The translations under genes and the position numbers were made by a program. From an uncultured Acidobacteriota bacterium (GTDB lineage: Bacteria; Acidobacteriota; Thermoanaerobaculia; Gp7-AA8), in the NCBI GenBank assembly GCA_963822445.1, contig CAWGHO010000002.1:1632001-1696000 (forward strand): a stretch of 64,000 bases of DNA, read 5' to 3'. Position 1 is the stretch's first letter, and each line of letters opens with the position of its first letter. Below the pieces are notes generated by a model. The model saw nothing but the letters and a program-made list of their open reading frames with translations. It was not told the DNA's origin and did no database searches. Positions 18,659 to 29,251 of the stretch are shown in pieces.

Positions 18659-19596
18659 CCCGCCGCGGTTTTACGAACGGTCTCATGACCGGCGTCTTCT
18701 CCGTCGCCGGCTGGGTGGCGATCGTCTTCATCTTTCTGATCTTTCTCTTCACCTTCAAAGAGACGCTGCCGATCTTCACCGACGCGGAAGTGAAGAGCGA
18801 GGCGAACATCAGAAAGTTCTTCTTCGAAAGCAAGGAAGGGGAGACGCTGATGGACCGGTACGTCTGGCAACCGACGTCCGAAGTGCCGAAGGTCTCGTTC
18901 TGGCCGATCATCCTGGGGACGTTGAAGGCAACCGTCGTGGGTTTGCTCTTCGCCTGCCCGATCGGTGTCGCGGCCGCGCTGTTCTCCTCCGAGTTCGCAC
19001 CGCCGCGCCTTCGTGAATTCATCAAGCCGATCATCGAGCTGCTCGCGGGCATCCCCTCGGTGGTCATGGGCTTTTTCGCCCTGATCGTGCTCGCAACCTG
19101 GCTGCAGGACACGTTCGGTTTCACCTACCGCCTGAACGCCATCAACGCCGGGCTGGCGCTCGGCTTCGCGCTCGTGCCGATCGTCTACACGATTTCCGAG
19201 GATGGTCTTTCCGCTGTACCGCGCGCGTTTCGTGAAGCTTCGTACGCGCTGGGCGCATCGCGCTTTCAGACGGCGTGGAAAGTCGTGCTGCCCGCGGCGG
19301 CGCCGGCGGTTTTCGCGTCATTCGTGCTCGCGTTCGGACGGGCGATCGGCGAGACGATGATTCTGCTGATGGCCGGCGGCAACGCCGCCATCACTTCGCT
19401 TTCGCTGCTCGATCCTCTGCGAACGCTCTCCGCGACCATCGCCGCGGAAATGGGTGAAGTCGTCGTCGGCAGCGCGCATTACTCGGCGCTCTTCTTCATG
19501 GGCACGCTGCTGTTCGTGATCACCTTCGTCAGCAACTCTCTCGGCCAGTGGGTCATCCACCGCATGCAGGTGCGGATGCAGGGAGCGGGTCGATGA
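18655..19596 (+). CDS. pstC: Phosphate ABC transporter permease PstC
   Basis: ELLAGIPSVVMG, EASYALGA, GRAIGETM; ATGA overlap with pstS. Confidence 0.95.
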   Translation: MTRRGFTNGLMTGVFSVAGWVAIVFIFLIFLFTFKETLPIFTDAEVKSEANIRKFFFESKEGETLMDRYVWQPTSEVPKVSFWPIILGTLKATVVGLLFACPIGVAAALFSSEFAPPRLREFIKPIIELLAGIPSVVMGFFALIVLATWLQDTFGFTYRLNAINAGLALGFALVPIVYTISEDGLSAVPRAFREASYALGASRFQTAWKVVLPAAAPAVFASFVLAFGRAIGETMILLMAGGNAAITSLSLLDPLRTLSATIAAEMGEVVVGSAHYSALFFMGTLLFVITFVSNSLGQWVIHRMQVRMQGAGR

Positions 19597-20582
19597 AGCG
19601 CCCTGACAAGCGCATTGCCGACAAGATCGCCATTACCTTCCTCGGCTTCAGCGTGGTGCTGATCTTCGCGATCCTGATCGTGATCATCGGCAACATCGTC
19701 TTCCACGGCGCGCGGACGGTGACCTGGGAGTTCATCAGCCAGCCGCCGCGGGAGGGATTGACCGCCGGCGGGATTCTGCCGGCGATCGTCGGCACGGCCG
19801 CGCTGGTGATCCTGATGTCCGTCGCCGCGGTGCCGCTCGGTGTGGCGACCGCGGTTTATCTGCACGAGTACACCCCCGCGGAAGGGTTGGCGCTGGCGTG
19901 GCGGCGCTTCCGTGTTTCGAAGGGGCAGGCCGGCCGTGGAAAGCTGTTCGGCCGCGCGGTCTCAGCGCTGCTCGCGACGATCACGCGCAGTGCGGTGGCG
20001 AATCTCGCCGGCGTTCCCTCGATCGTGTTCGGCCTGTTCGGACTTGGATTCTTCATCCAGTTCATCGGCCGCGGGATCGATCGCGCGACCCAGCCGCCCG
20101 GCGAAGTGCTGTGGGGACAGGGCTCGCTGCTCTGGGCCGCGTGCACGCTCGCGCTGCTCACGCTGCCGACGGTGATCGTGGCGACTGAAGAAGCACTGCG
20201 CACCGTTCCGCAGGACCTTCGCGAGGCGTCACTGGCTTTGGGTGCGACGCAGTGGGAAACGATCCGCCGCGTCGTGCTTCCGGGCTCGCTCTCCGGCATT
20301 CTCACCGGCGCGATTCTCGGGATCTCGCGCGGTGCCGGTGAGGTCGCGCCGATCCTCTTCACCGGCGCGGCGTACTACCTGCCCTTCTTGCCCGGGGACC
20401 TCAGCGACCAATTCATGCACCTCGGCTATCACGTGCTCATCCTCTCCACGCAGTCGCCGGACGTCGAGGCCACCAAACCGCTGCTGTACGGGACCGTCTT
20501 CGTGCTGCTGGCGTTGACGTTCGTGCTCAACCTGGCCGGCGTGGTGATCCGCTCGCGGACGCGATCGAGGGTCCCGCGATGA
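19593..20582 (+). CDS. pstA: Phosphate ABC transporter permease PstA
   Basis: [34 protein letters not shown]. Confidence 0.95.
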   Translation: MKRPDKRIADKIAITFLGFSVVLIFAILIVIIGNIVFHGARTVTWEFISQPPREGLTAGGILPAIVGTAALVILMSVAAVPLGVATAVYLHEYTPAEGLALAWRRFRVSKGQAGRGKLFGRAVSALLATITRSAVANLAGVPSIVFGLFGLGFFIQFIGRGIDRATQPPGEVLWGQGSLLWAACTLALLTLPTVIVATEEALRTVPQDLREASLALGATQWETIRRVVLPGSLSGILTGAILGISRGAGEVAPILFTGAAYYLPFLPGDLSDQFMHLGYHVLILSTQSPDVEATKPLLYGTVFVLLALTFVLNLAGVVIRSRTRSRVPR

Positions 20583-21331
20583 GCAAGATCGAAGTCCGCG
20601 ACTTCAACTTCTATTACGGCGAGGCGAAGGTCCTCCACTCGATTCAGCTCGACATCCCCGAGAAGCAGGTCACCGCGTTCATCGGTCCGTCCGGCTGCGG
20701 CAAGTCGACGTTTCTTCGCTCGATCAACCGCATGAACGACATCATCCCCGGCGCGCGCGTCGAAGGGCGCATCGCCATGGACGGGCAGGACCTCTACGCG
20801 CCGCACGTCGACGTGGTCTCGCTACGCCGCAAGGTGGGGATGGTCTTTCAGAAGTCGAATCCGTTTCCGAAGTCGATCTACGAGAACGTCGCTTACGGCC
20901 TGCGCATCGCCGGCGTGCGCGACCGGCGCGTGCTCGACGAGACGGTCGAGCGCTCGCTGCAGCGCGCCGCGTTGTGGGATGAAGTGAAGGATCGCCTGAA
21001 CGCCAGCGGTCTCGCGCTTTCCGGTGGACAGCAGCAGCGGCTCTGCATCGCGCGCGCTCTCGCCGTCGATCCGGAAGTGCTGTTGATGGACGAGCCGGCG
21101 TCGGCACTCGATCCGATTGCGACGCAGAAGATCGAGGAGCTGGTGTACGAGCTCAAGAACAACTACACGATCGTGATCGTCACACACAACATGCAGCAGG
21201 CCGCGCGCGTTTCGGACCGGACGGCGTTCTTCATGCTCGGCAAGCTCGTCGAATACGACGAGACCCGCACGATCTTCATGACGCCGAAAGAGAAGCTCAC
21301 TGAGGATTACATTACGGGGAGATTTGGATAG
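20579..21331 (+). CDS. pstB: Phosphate ABC transporter ATP-binding protein PstB
   Basis: [37 protein letters not shown]. Confidence 0.97.
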   Translation: MSKIEVRDFNFYYGEAKVLHSIQLDIPEKQVTAFIGPSGCGKSTFLRSINRMNDIIPGARVEGRIAMDGQDLYAPHVDVVSLRRKVGMVFQKSNPFPKSIYENVAYGLRIAGVRDRRVLDETVERSLQRAALWDEVKDRLNASGLALSGGQQQRLCIARALAVDPEVLLMDEPASALDPIATQKIEELVYELKNNYTIVIVTHNMQQAARVSDRTAFFMLGKLVEYDETRTIFMTPKEKLTEDYITGRFG

Positions 21332-21403
21332 GAGGCACGAGGTATGAGGTACGAGGTACGAGTGGTTCCGCTTCTTACTCGTACCTCGTACCTCGTCCCT
21401 CGT
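21332..21403. repeat. Inverted pair of heptamer tandem repeats (GAGGTAC)n ... (GTACCTC)n
   Basis: GAGGCAC GAGGTAT GAGGTAC GAGGTAC GAGT, 13-nt loop, ACTC GTACCTC GTACCTC GTCCCTC GT. Confidence 0.85.
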
Positions 21404-21410
21404 CACTGAC

Positions 21411-22076
21411 ATGCGCCACTTCGACAGAGAAATCGAGAACCTCAAAGAGCTCCTCCTGCGCATGGGCGCGATGGTGGAGGAGCAGATCACGCAATCCATC
21501 CGGGCGTTGCTGGAGCGGGACACCGCGGTCGCGCAGCGCGTCATCGATGGCGACAGCGCCATCGATCGCATGGAGCTGGAGATCGATCAGCACACCGTCG
21601 AGCTCATCGCCATGATGCAGCCGGCCGCTGTCGATCTGCGCTTCGTGACCACGGCCATGAAGATCACGCCCGAGCTCGAGCGCATCGCCGATCTCGCCGT
21701 CGACGTCTGCGAGCGCGCCATCGAGCTGAACCGCGAGCCGCCGCTCAAGCCGCTCATCGACATCCCCCGCCTCGCGCACATCTCCCAGGACATGGTCCGC
21801 CAGGCGCTCGACTCGTTCGTCCGGCGCGACGCCGCGCTCGCTCGGGAAGTGATCGCGCGCGATGACGAAGTCGATCTGCTGACCGAGCAGTCCTTCCGCG
21901 AGCTGCTGACATACATGCTCGAGGACTCGCGCAACATCTCCCGCGCGATCCGCCTCACCTTCATCGGCAAGTACTTCGAGCGGATCGGCGACGGCGCCAC
22001 GAACATCTGCGAGATGGTCGTCTACCTGGTCGAAGGAAAAGTGATCAAGCACAGCGGGGCCAATGAGTCGGACTGA
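21411..22076 (+). CDS. phoU: Phosphate signalling protein PhoU
   Basis: QPAAVDLR, ELERIADLA, DDEVD, FERIGDGATNICE. Confidence 0.96.
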   Translation: MRHFDREIENLKELLLRMGAMVEEQITQSIRALLERDTAVAQRVIDGDSAIDRMELEIDQHTVELIAMMQPAAVDLRFVTTAMKITPELERIADLAVDVCERAIELNREPPLKPLIDIPRLAHISQDMVRQALDSFVRRDAALAREVIARDDEVDLLTEQSFRELLTYMLEDSRNISRAIRLTFIGKYFERIGDGATNICEMVVYLVEGKVIKHSGANESD

Positions 22077-22743
22077 GATGCGGGTTGCCCTCATCGAGGA
22101 CGACGCGGACATCGCGTTCACGACCCGTCTCAATCTCGAGCGCGAGGGCTACTCCGTTACCACCTTCAACAACGGCCACGAAGGTCTCCTCGGCGTGCAG
22201 CAGGGAGGCTTCGACTTTCTGATCCTCGATCTGAATCTGCCTGATCTCGACGGCTTCACTATCTGCCGCGAGCTGCGCCGCGATCCGGCGACTTCGCGCG
22301 TCCCCATCCTGATGCTCACCGCCCGGACTTCCGAGGCCGATCGGATCATGGGATTGGAGCTCGGCGCGGATGACTACCTGCTCAAGCCCTTCAGCGTTCG
22401 CGAGCTGCTGGCGCGCGTCGCCGCGATTCTGCGCCGCTCGAAGGGCGCCGACACCGACACGTCGACGTATGACGACGGCCAGCTGAGGATCGACGGCCGC
22501 ACCTTGCGTGTGTACGTCGAAGGGGAGGAAGTGAAGCTCGCGCGGAAAGAGCTCGAGCTGTTGTGGATGCTCGTCCGCAATCGCCCCTCGGTCGTTTCCC
22601 GCGATCGGATTCTGTCCGAGGTCTGGCAGGTTGCCGACGATGTGGAGACGCGAACCGTCGACGCGCACATCCGCAATCTCAGAAAGAAGATCGGGAAAGA
22701 CAGGATCAAGACGGTGATCGGATACGGTTATCGTTTCGAGTAG
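22063..22743 (+). CDS. phoB: OmpR/PhoB-family response regulator
   Basis: REC plus winged helix (RTVDAHIRNLRKK...TVIGYGYRF); pho operon context. Confidence 0.85.
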   Translation: MSRTEMRVALIEDDADIAFTTRLNLEREGYSVTTFNNGHEGLLGVQQGGFDFLILDLNLPDLDGFTICRELRRDPATSRVPILMLTARTSEADRIMGLELGADDYLLKPFSVRELLARVAAILRRSKGADTDTSTYDDGQLRIDGRTLRVYVEGEEVKLARKELELLWMLVRNRPSVVSRDRILSEVWQVADDVETRTVDAHIRNLRKKIGKDRIKTVIGYGYRFE

Positions 22744-24072
22744 ATGCACCCGCTCCGCGTGCTGCTGTACGTCTCGGTCGTCATCGCCGTGGCCGTGGCC
22801 TGGGCCTTCGGCGCGGCGCTGCTGAAGGCGGGGGTTGCGCAGCCGGCGGCGGTCGTTCTGGCCATTGCCGCGTTTCTGGCGTTCATGCTGCCGTGGACCG
22901 GGGTGTCGTTGTGGGCGCTGCGGCGCGCGCGCGATCTCGACGAGCTGACCGAGCGCGCGCGGCGGGTGACCGAGGGGGAGCTCGACGCGCGACTCGGCTA
23001 TCGGACGTACCACGCGGAGCTCGACGACCTGGCGCGTGCCATCGACGAGCTGCGGGCCATGATCACCAGGCAGCAGCAGGCCCACGACGAGCATCGCGCG
23101 GCCATGCAGGAGATCGTGTCGTCGCTCGGCGAAGGGATCATCGCCGTCAATCCCAAAGGGCGCGTCGTCGTTGCCAATCCGCGCGTCGCGGAGATGTTCG
23201 GCGGCGAGGGAACGCTCGTGGGTCGATCGATCCTCGAAGTCGTTCGGAAACACTCCGTGCGCGAGGCGCTCGACAAAGCGTTGCGCGGTGAGCCGTCGAC
23301 CGATCGTGTTGTCGCGGGCTCCGATGAAGGCGAGCGGCAGATCGAAGTCCGCGTCTTTCCCGTGGCCGCGTCTCCGGAGATCGCGGCGGTGGCGTTGTTC
23401 ATCGACGTGACGACCATCGAAAGGCTGCAGCGGATCCGCAAAGAATTTCTCGACGATTTCTCCCACGAGGTGCGCACGCCGCTCACCGGTTTGCGCTCGG
23501 CGGCGGAGACGCTGGAACAGGGCGGACTCGTTGCGGATGAAGAGCAGCAACTGCGTCACGTCATGAGCCGGCAGATCGCCCGCATCGAACGGCTGGTGAA
23601 CGATCTCTCCGAGTTGAATCGCATCGAGTCCGGCCAGATCGTGCTGGAGCGACAGCGGGTGAATCTCCGGGACGTGCTGGCCGAGGTGATTCAGGATTTT
23701 CCGGGGGTGGAGTTGCTTGGGGGCGATGTGATCGTGGAGATCGACGCCGCGCGCGCGCAGCAGATCTTCTCCAACATCGCCGACAACGCGCGCAAACATG
23801 GCCGCGGCGCGATCACCATCGATCTCGCATCGGAGAACGGCGAGGCCGTCGTGCGCGTGTCCGATGAAGGCCCGGGCATCCCTCCCGCGGAGCTGGAGCG
23901 CATCTTCAACCGCTTCTATCGCGTCGATCGCAGCCGCTCCCAGCCCGGCACCGGTCTGGGGCTGGCCATCGCCAAGCACCTGGTGGTTGCGCACGGGGGG
24001 ACGATCCGCGCCTACAACCGGCCGGAAGGCGGGGTTACGTTCGAAGTGAGACTCCCGGTTGACCTGACGTAG
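22744..24072 (+). CDS. phoR: PhoR-like sensor kinase (TM, HAMP, PAS, HisKA, HATPase)
   Basis: SHEVRTPLT, RIFNRFYRVDRSRS, GTGLGLAIAKH. Confidence 0.85.
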   Translation: MHPLRVLLYVSVVIAVAVAWAFGAALLKAGVAQPAAVVLAIAAFLAFMLPWTGVSLWALRRARDLDELTERARRVTEGELDARLGYRTYHAELDDLARAIDELRAMITRQQQAHDEHRAAMQEIVSSLGEGIIAVNPKGRVVVANPRVAEMFGGEGTLVGRSILEVVRKHSVREALDKALRGEPSTDRVVAGSDEGERQIEVRVFPVAASPEIAAVALFIDVTTIERLQRIRKEFLDDFSHEVRTPLTGLRSAAETLEQGGLVADEEQQLRHVMSRQIARIERLVNDLSELNRIESGQIVLERQRVNLRDVLAEVIQDFPGVELLGGDVIVEIDAARAQQIFSNIADNARKHGRGAITIDLASENGEAVVRVSDEGPGIPPAELERIFNRFYRVDRSRSQPGTGLGLAIAKHLVVAHGGTIRAYNRPEGGVTFEVRLPVDLT

Positions 24073-24098
24073 AATCCGCGCGCTTTCAGGAGGTCCGC

Positions 24099-24719
24099 GT
24101 GGCGCGATTCCGTCTCATCCCTCGTGAGGAGAAGTTCTACGAAGACTTCAAACAGATGGCCGACCAGCTCCGCCACGGCGCGCGGCTGCTCGAACAGATG
24201 TTTGCCGTCGATCCTCCCGTGCTCGACAAGGCCCACGAGATCAAGGAAGTCGAGCACAAGTGCGACTTCCTGACCCACGAGATCATCCAGCGGCTGAACA
24301 AGACCTTCGTTACGCCGATCGACCGGGAGGACATTCACGAGCTGGCCCGCACGCTCGATGACGTCATGGACGCCATCGACAACGCCGCGGCGCTCATCCC
24401 GCTCTATCGCATCGACCGGATGCGCGAGGGTGCCCGCGAGTTCACCCGGGTCATCATCGAGCAGACCGACCAGATTCGCGCGGCGGTGGAAGCGCTCGAA
24501 GCAAAGAAAGGTGTGCTGGAGCGCTGCATCGAGATCAATCGGCTGGAGAACGAGGCCGATCGCATCCATAAGCATGCCCTGGGGCTGCTCTTCGACGAAG
24601 AGACGAACCCGATCATGGTCCTCAAGTGGAAGGAAATCTTCGACATCCTCGAGGAGGCCACCGATGCCTGCGAGGACGTGGCGAACCTTCTCGAAAACGT
24701 CGTCGTGAAGCACGGCTGA
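24099..24719 (+). CDS. DUF47 phosphate transport regulator
   Basis: TFVTPIDREDI, ENEAD, KWKEIFDILEEATDACED; SD CAGGAGG; upstream of PiT. Confidence 0.92.
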   Translation: MARFRLIPREEKFYEDFKQMADQLRHGARLLEQMFAVDPPVLDKAHEIKEVEHKCDFLTHEIIQRLNKTFVTPIDREDIHELARTLDDVMDAIDNAAALIPLYRIDRMREGAREFTRVIIEQTDQIRAAVEALEAKKGVLERCIEINRLENEADRIHKHALGLLFDEETNPIMVLKWKEIFDILEEATDACEDVANLLENVVVKHG

Positions 24720-24726
24720 TCAACGA

Positions 24727-25722
24727 ATGGAACTAGTCATCGTCGTTGGGCTGGTCTTCGTCGCCCTGGCCTTCGATTACATCAACGGATTCCACGACGC
24801 GGCGAACTCGATCGCCACGGTCGTCTCCACCCGCGTGCTCTCCCCGGGACAGGCCGTGGTGTGGGCGGCGTTCTTCAACTTCATCGCCGCGTTCACCTTC
24901 GGAACCGCCGTGGCCAAGACCATCGGCAAGGGGATGATCGAGCTGTCCGCGGTCACGTTCGGCGTGATCTTCGGCGGATTGATGGGAGCGATCATCTGGG
25001 ACCTCATCACCTGGTACTTCGGCCTGCCGACGAGCTCCTCGCACGCGCTGATCGGCGGTTACGCCGGCGCCGCGATCGCCAACGCCGGGTTCAGCGCGAT
25101 CATCGTCTCCGGCTGGACCAAGACCCTGATCTACATCGTGCTGGCCCCGCTCATCGGCATGACCACGGCCTTCCTTCTGGCGGTGGCCACCTTCTGGGTC
25201 TTCCGTCGAGCGACACCCAACAAGGTCGATCGGCTCTTCCGGCGGCTGCAGCTCGCCTCGGCAGCCGCATACAGCCTCGGCCACGGCGGCAATGACGCGC
25301 AGAAAACGATGGGCATCATCGCCGGCGTGCTCGTGACGGCGGGCTATCTGAAGACGTTCTCCATTCCGGTCTGGGTCGTCCTGGCCGCACACGCCGCGAT
25401 CGCCCTCGGCACGCTGAGCGGTGGCTGGCGGATCATCCACACCATGGGCAGCAAGATCACCCGGTTGCAGCCGGTGGGCGGATTCGCCGCCGAGACTGCC
25501 GGCGCGATGACGCTCTTCGTGGCCACCGCGTTCGGCGTTCCGGTCAGCACGACGCACACGATCACCGGCGCGATCGTCGGCGTCGGTGCCACGCGCCGTC
25601 TGTCCGCTGTGCGCTGGGGAATCGCCGGGAAGATCGTGTGGGCCTGGATCCTGACCATCCCCGCCTCGGCCGCGATCGGAGCCGGGACCTTCTGGATCGT
25701 GAAACTGCTCGGCGGCCGCTAG
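24727..25722 (+). CDS. Inorganic phosphate transporter, PiT family
   Basis: NGFHDAANSIAT, PTSSSHAL, HGGNDAQK, PVSTTH. Confidence 0.95.
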   Translation: MELVIVVGLVFVALAFDYINGFHDAANSIATVVSTRVLSPGQAVVWAAFFNFIAAFTFGTAVAKTIGKGMIELSAVTFGVIFGGLMGAIIWDLITWYFGLPTSSSHALIGGYAGAAIANAGFSAIIVSGWTKTLIYIVLAPLIGMTTAFLLAVATFWVFRRATPNKVDRLFRRLQLASAAAYSLGHGGNDAQKTMGIIAGVLVTAGYLKTFSIPVWVVLAAHAAIALGTLSGGWRIIHTMGSKITRLQPVGGFAAETAGAMTLFVATAFGVPVSTTHTITGAIVGVGATRRLSAVRWGIAGKIVWAWILTIPASAAIGAGTFWIVKLLGGR

Positions 25723-25732
25723 ATTACGCGCG

Positions 25733-25749
25733 CTTCACTCGGACTTCAC
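25733..25749 (+). promoter_or_regulatory. Pho-box-like direct repeat
   Basis: CTTCAC 25733 and 25744, 10 nt before -10 TAGATT (25760). Confidence 0.6.
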
Positions 25750-25771
25750 GCACGTGGACTAGATTGCGCAC

Positions 25772-26344
25772 ATGCGCCTGCTGCTGCTCCTCCTGTTGAC
25801 CATCCCGCTTACCGCTGATGAAGTCCTGACCAACGCGGATGTCGTGAAGCTGGTGAAGGCCGGTCTGTCAGCGGAAACGATCGAGGCGAAGATCGCTGCC
25901 TCGACGGGCCAGTTCGACATTTCCACGGATGCTCTGGTCGCGCTGGCCAGAGACGGCGTGCCCGATCGCGTGATCAGAGCGATGGTGACAGCCTCGCCTG
26001 AAGCCGGCCGGACCACACCTCCCGTGAAACGCACCACCAGCCGCCGTTACGACGTGGCCGTGCATCGCGACGCATACGTGAAATGCGATGGCGCCGAGTT
26101 GCGCGTCGACCGCCGCGGCGTGAAATCGACCCGTTGCCGCGGCCTCGACTTCGATCTCACCTGGAGCGCGATCACCAAGGTCTGCTACGACTACGGCTTC
26201 CGCGGGACGATCGTGTTCTCCACGAAATCCGGCGAGCACCGGATCTCGACGACCACGCCGGCCGAGGCGAAGCGGATCGTCGAGAACATCCGGGGAAACG
26301 CGCCGGCCATCGTCGTGACCGAGTGCCCGGACGGCGCCCGCTAG
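25772..26344 (+). CDS. Exported hypothetical protein
   Basis: Signal peptide; LTNADVVKLVKAGLSAETI...FD.STDALVALARDGVPDRVIRAM N-domain; beta-rich C-domain with Cys residues. Confidence 0.7.
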   Translation: MRLLLLLLLTIPLTADEVLTNADVVKLVKAGLSAETIEAKIAASTGQFDISTDALVALARDGVPDRVIRAMVTASPEAGRTTPPVKRTTSRRYDVAVHRDAYVKCDGAELRVDRRGVKSTRCRGLDFDLTWSAITKVCYDYGFRGTIVFSTKSGEHRISTTTPAEAKRIVENIRGNAPAIVVTECPDGAR

Positions 26345-26610
26345 CGGGTGAACAAAAAGTAGCCCGCGGCCAGCAGCCAGAGCGCGAACGCGGCCACGTA
26401 AAGCTGCGATCCGGTGGCCTGCATGCGCGGCAGGAAGGACATCAGGGCCAGGCCGGTGGCGAGAATCACCAGCGGGATCGTCCAGGCAGAGCTCGCTACC
26501 GCTTCCCCGCGCATCAGCCCCATCACGGCCGCGCCGATGGGAATCAGCATGGTCAGACTGACGAGCAGAAGCACCGTCGCCAGCGCCCGCGGAACCGTCG
26601 TTTCCTTCAT
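26341..26610 (-). CDS. Small integral membrane protein (3 TM)
   Basis: 89 aa from MKETTVPR, three hydrophobic helices. Confidence 0.55.
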   Translation of the reverse strand: MKETTVPRALATVLLLVSLTMLIPIGAAVMGLMRGEAVASSAWTIPLVILATGLALMSFLPRMQATGSQLYVAAFALWLLAAGYFLFTR

Positions 26611-26777
26611 CGAACCCGGGTCTGGGGAGAGCATCAAGCAGGCCAGAACATGCAACAGAAAACGCTCGCGCCCGAGCCTTTGGCAACCAGCGCAGGCGGC
26701 CGGGCCGCCCCAGAATTTTTTGGATATACTCGCCGTTCCTAAGCTTCCTGACCCAGAAAGCAGCCGAGGTAAGTTCA

Positions 26778-26987
26778 ATGAAACCAGAGATTCACCCGCA
26801 ATATCACGAGGTAAAGGTCCACTGCGCATGCGGCGAGGGCTGGACCACCCATTCCACCCGCAAAGAGCTGCGCATCGAGATCTGCTCGAAGTGCCACCCG
26901 TTCTTCACGGGCAAGCAGAAGCTGGTCGACACGGCCGGCCGCATCGATCGCTTCCAGAAAAAGTACGCGGCGAAGGACAAAAAATGA
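26778..26987 (+). CDS. rpmE: 50S ribosomal protein L31 (Zn-binding type)
   Basis: [26 protein letters not shown]. Confidence 0.98.
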   Translation: MKPEIHPQYHEVKVHCACGEGWTTHSTRKELRIEICSKCHPFFTGKQKLVDTAGRIDRFQKKYAAKDKK

Positions 26988-28003
26988 CTTCTCTCTGGCG
27001 CGGTTCGGCGCGAGTCATTGCGGGGGCGTTCAACGCCTTCACGAACGGACTCACTTCGTCGATGCCCGCGGCCGGAATGAAGGCTGACAAGAACGTCGAC
27101 ATGCTCGTCGGCGGGCAGGCGGTCATCGAAGGGGTGATGATGCGCGGCCTGACCGGCTACTCCGTCGCCGTCCGCCAGCCGGACGGAGGCGTGGCCATCC
27201 GCAAGGACAAGCTCGTCTCGGTCACGCAGAAGTATCCCCTCCTGAAGATGCCCGTGCTCCGCGGCTCGGTCGTTCTGATCCAGTCGCTGATCCTCGGCAT
27301 TCAGGCGCTGAACTACTCGGCGAGCGTCTCCTCGGCCGGCAAGGACGGCGAGCCGGAGATGTCGAACATGGCCATCGTCGGCTCGATGCTGATGGCCCTG
27401 GTCCTCGGCGTGGGGCTGTTCATCCTGGCGCCGCTGGGACTGACCAACCTGATCCGGCATTACCTGTTCCCGGAGATGGGCAACTTCGCCTACAACCTCA
27501 TCGACGGCTTCATCCGGGCGATCTTCTTCTTCGTCTACATCGCCTCCATCTCCCTGATGGAAGAGATCAAGCGCGTCTTCCAGTACCACGGCGCCGAGCA
27601 CAAGACGGTCTACACGTTCGAAGCGAACGAAGACCTGACCGTCGAGAACGCGCGCACGAAGTCGACGCTCCATCCGCGCTGCGGCACGAGCTTCCTCCTC
27701 TTCGTGATGGCCATCTCCATCCTGGTGTTCTCGCTGGTGCCCTCCACCGCGCACTTCACGATCAAGTTCGGCGCACGCGTCGTGCTGCTGCCGCTGATCG
27801 CCGGCCTCGCGTATGAAGTCATCCGCTTCTCCGCGCGACACCTGAAGAACCCCGTCTGCCGCGTGCTGATCACGCCGGGCCTCTGGCTCCAGCGCATCAC
27901 CACGAAAGAGCCCGACGACAGCCAGCTCGAGATCGCGATCACGGCCTTGAAAGAGGCGCTGATGTACGACGTGATCGAGCCGGAACAAGCCGCAGTCGCC
28001 TAG
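26984..28003 (+). CDS. DUF1385 membrane protein
   Basis: [35 protein letters not shown]; usual rpmE-DUF1385-prfA context. Confidence 0.93.
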   Translation: MTSLWRGSARVIAGAFNAFTNGLTSSMPAAGMKADKNVDMLVGGQAVIEGVMMRGLTGYSVAVRQPDGGVAIRKDKLVSVTQKYPLLKMPVLRGSVVLIQSLILGIQALNYSASVSSAGKDGEPEMSNMAIVGSMLMALVLGVGLFILAPLGLTNLIRHYLFPEMGNFAYNLIDGFIRAIFFFVYIASISLMEEIKRVFQYHGAEHKTVYTFEANEDLTVENARTKSTLHPRCGTSFLLFVMAISILVFSLVPSTAHFTIKFGARVVLLPLIAGLAYEVIRFSARHLKNPVCRVLITPGLWLQRITTKEPDDSQLEIAITALKEALMYDVIEPEQAAVA

Positions 28004-28050
28004 CGACGCCCGCGCACGTCTTTCTCCCATCCGTCCTTTGAGGACCGGTC

Positions 28051-29121
28051 ATGTACGAGAAACTCCAGGAAATCGAAAAGCGTTACCACGAGCTGCAGCG
28101 AAAAATCGAAGACCCTTCGATCGTGACGGACGTGTCCGCGTACCGCACGACCATGAAAGCCATCGCCGAGATCGAAGAGGTCGTGGAGAAGTTCCGCGAG
28201 CTGAAAGACGTCAAGAAGCGCCTCTCCGACGCCCGGGACATGCTCCGTTCCGACGACGACATGCGCGAGCTGGCGGAGATGGAGATCGCCGAGCTCGAGC
28301 CGAAAGAGCCGGCGCTCGAGCAACAGCTGCAGGTCCTCCTGCAGCCGAAGGATCCGAACGACGACAAGAACGTGTTCGTCGAGATCCGCGCCGGCACGGG
28401 CGGCGACGAGGCATCGCTGTTCGCCGCCGAGATCATGCGCATGTACATCCGCTACGCCGAGTCGCGCCGGTGGAAGGTGGACATGACCGACGCCAACTAC
28501 TCGTCGGTCAACGGCATCAAGGACGCCACGCTGCAGATCGAAGGGGATAAGGTCTACTCGCGGCTGAAGTTCGAGTCGGGTGTTCATCGCGTGCAGCGGG
28601 TGCCGACCACTGAGACGCAGGGCCGCATCCACACGTCCGCGATCACCGTGGCCGTGCTGCCCGAGGCTGAGGACATCGATATTCAGGTCGCGGAGAAAGA
28701 CCTGCGCATCGACACGTTCTGTTCGTCAGGTCCGGGCGGACAGTCGGTCAACACGACCTACTCCGCCGTACGCATGACCCACTTGCCCACGGGCGTGGTC
28801 GTTTCCTGCCAGGACGAAAAGTCGCAGATCAAGAACCGCGCGAAAGCGTTGAAGGTGCTCAAGGCCCGTCTGTACGACATCGAGCGGCAGAAGCGCGAGG
28901 CCGAGCTCTCAGCGACGCGCAAGGGGATGATCGGCTCCGGCGATCGCTCGGAGAAGATCCGCACCTACAACTTTCCGCAGGACCGCGTCACCGATCACCG
29001 CATCGGCCTGACCGTGCACAACCTGCCCGGGGTGATGGACGGGAATCTCGACGTGGTAATCGATCCGCTGATCAATCACTTCCAGGCGGAGAAGCTTCGG
29101 GAAGCCGTGGAGTCGCGGTAA
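28051..29121 (+). CDS. prfA: Peptide chain release factor 1
   Basis: [14 protein letters not shown] anticodon loop, [20 protein letters not shown]. Confidence 0.97.
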   Translation: MYEKLQEIEKRYHELQRKIEDPSIVTDVSAYRTTMKAIAEIEEVVEKFRELKDVKKRLSDARDMLRSDDDMRELAEMEIAELEPKEPALEQQLQVLLQPKDPNDDKNVFVEIRAGTGGDEASLFAAEIMRMYIRYAESRRWKVDMTDANYSSVNGIKDATLQIEGDKVYSRLKFESGVHRVQRVPTTETQGRIHTSAITVAVLPEAEDIDIQVAEKDLRIDTFCSSGPGGQSVNTTYSAVRMTHLPTGVVVSCQDEKSQIKNRAKALKVLKARLYDIERQKREAELSATRKGMIGSGDRSEKIRTYNFPQDRVTDHRIGLTVHNLPGVMDGNLDVVIDPLINHFQAEKLREAVESR

Positions 29122-29142
29122 GCCGCATCTGACGGCGGGCTT

Positions 29143-29192
29143 GGAGCGCCACCGTCCCGGTGGCTGTTCCGCCGCCGTCCCGGCGGCACTCC
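29143..29192. repeat. REP-like tandem twin hairpin
   Basis: GCCACCG-TCC-CGGTGGC (29148-29164) and GCCGCCG-TCC-CGGCGGC (29171-29187), bracketed by GGAG...CTCC. Confidence 0.6.
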
Positions 29193-29201
29193 GCGGCATC
29201 A

Positions 29202-29245
29202 CTTGACTCTCTCTGCACGCGCACTCCACATCCGCCATGTATTAC
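29202..29245 (+). promoter_or_regulatory. Degenerate Pho-box-like triple repeat plus -10-like hexamer
   Basis: CTTGAC 29202, CTGCAC 29213, CTCCAC 29224 (11-bp period), 10 nt, TATTAC 29240, 6 nt, GTG 29252. Confidence 0.4.
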
Positions 29246-29251
29246 CGGGCG

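Noticed and set aside
21332-21403. Short repeats as a CRISPR array (also 58130-58197)
   Set aside because: Units are 7-8 bp without spacers and no cas genes are present
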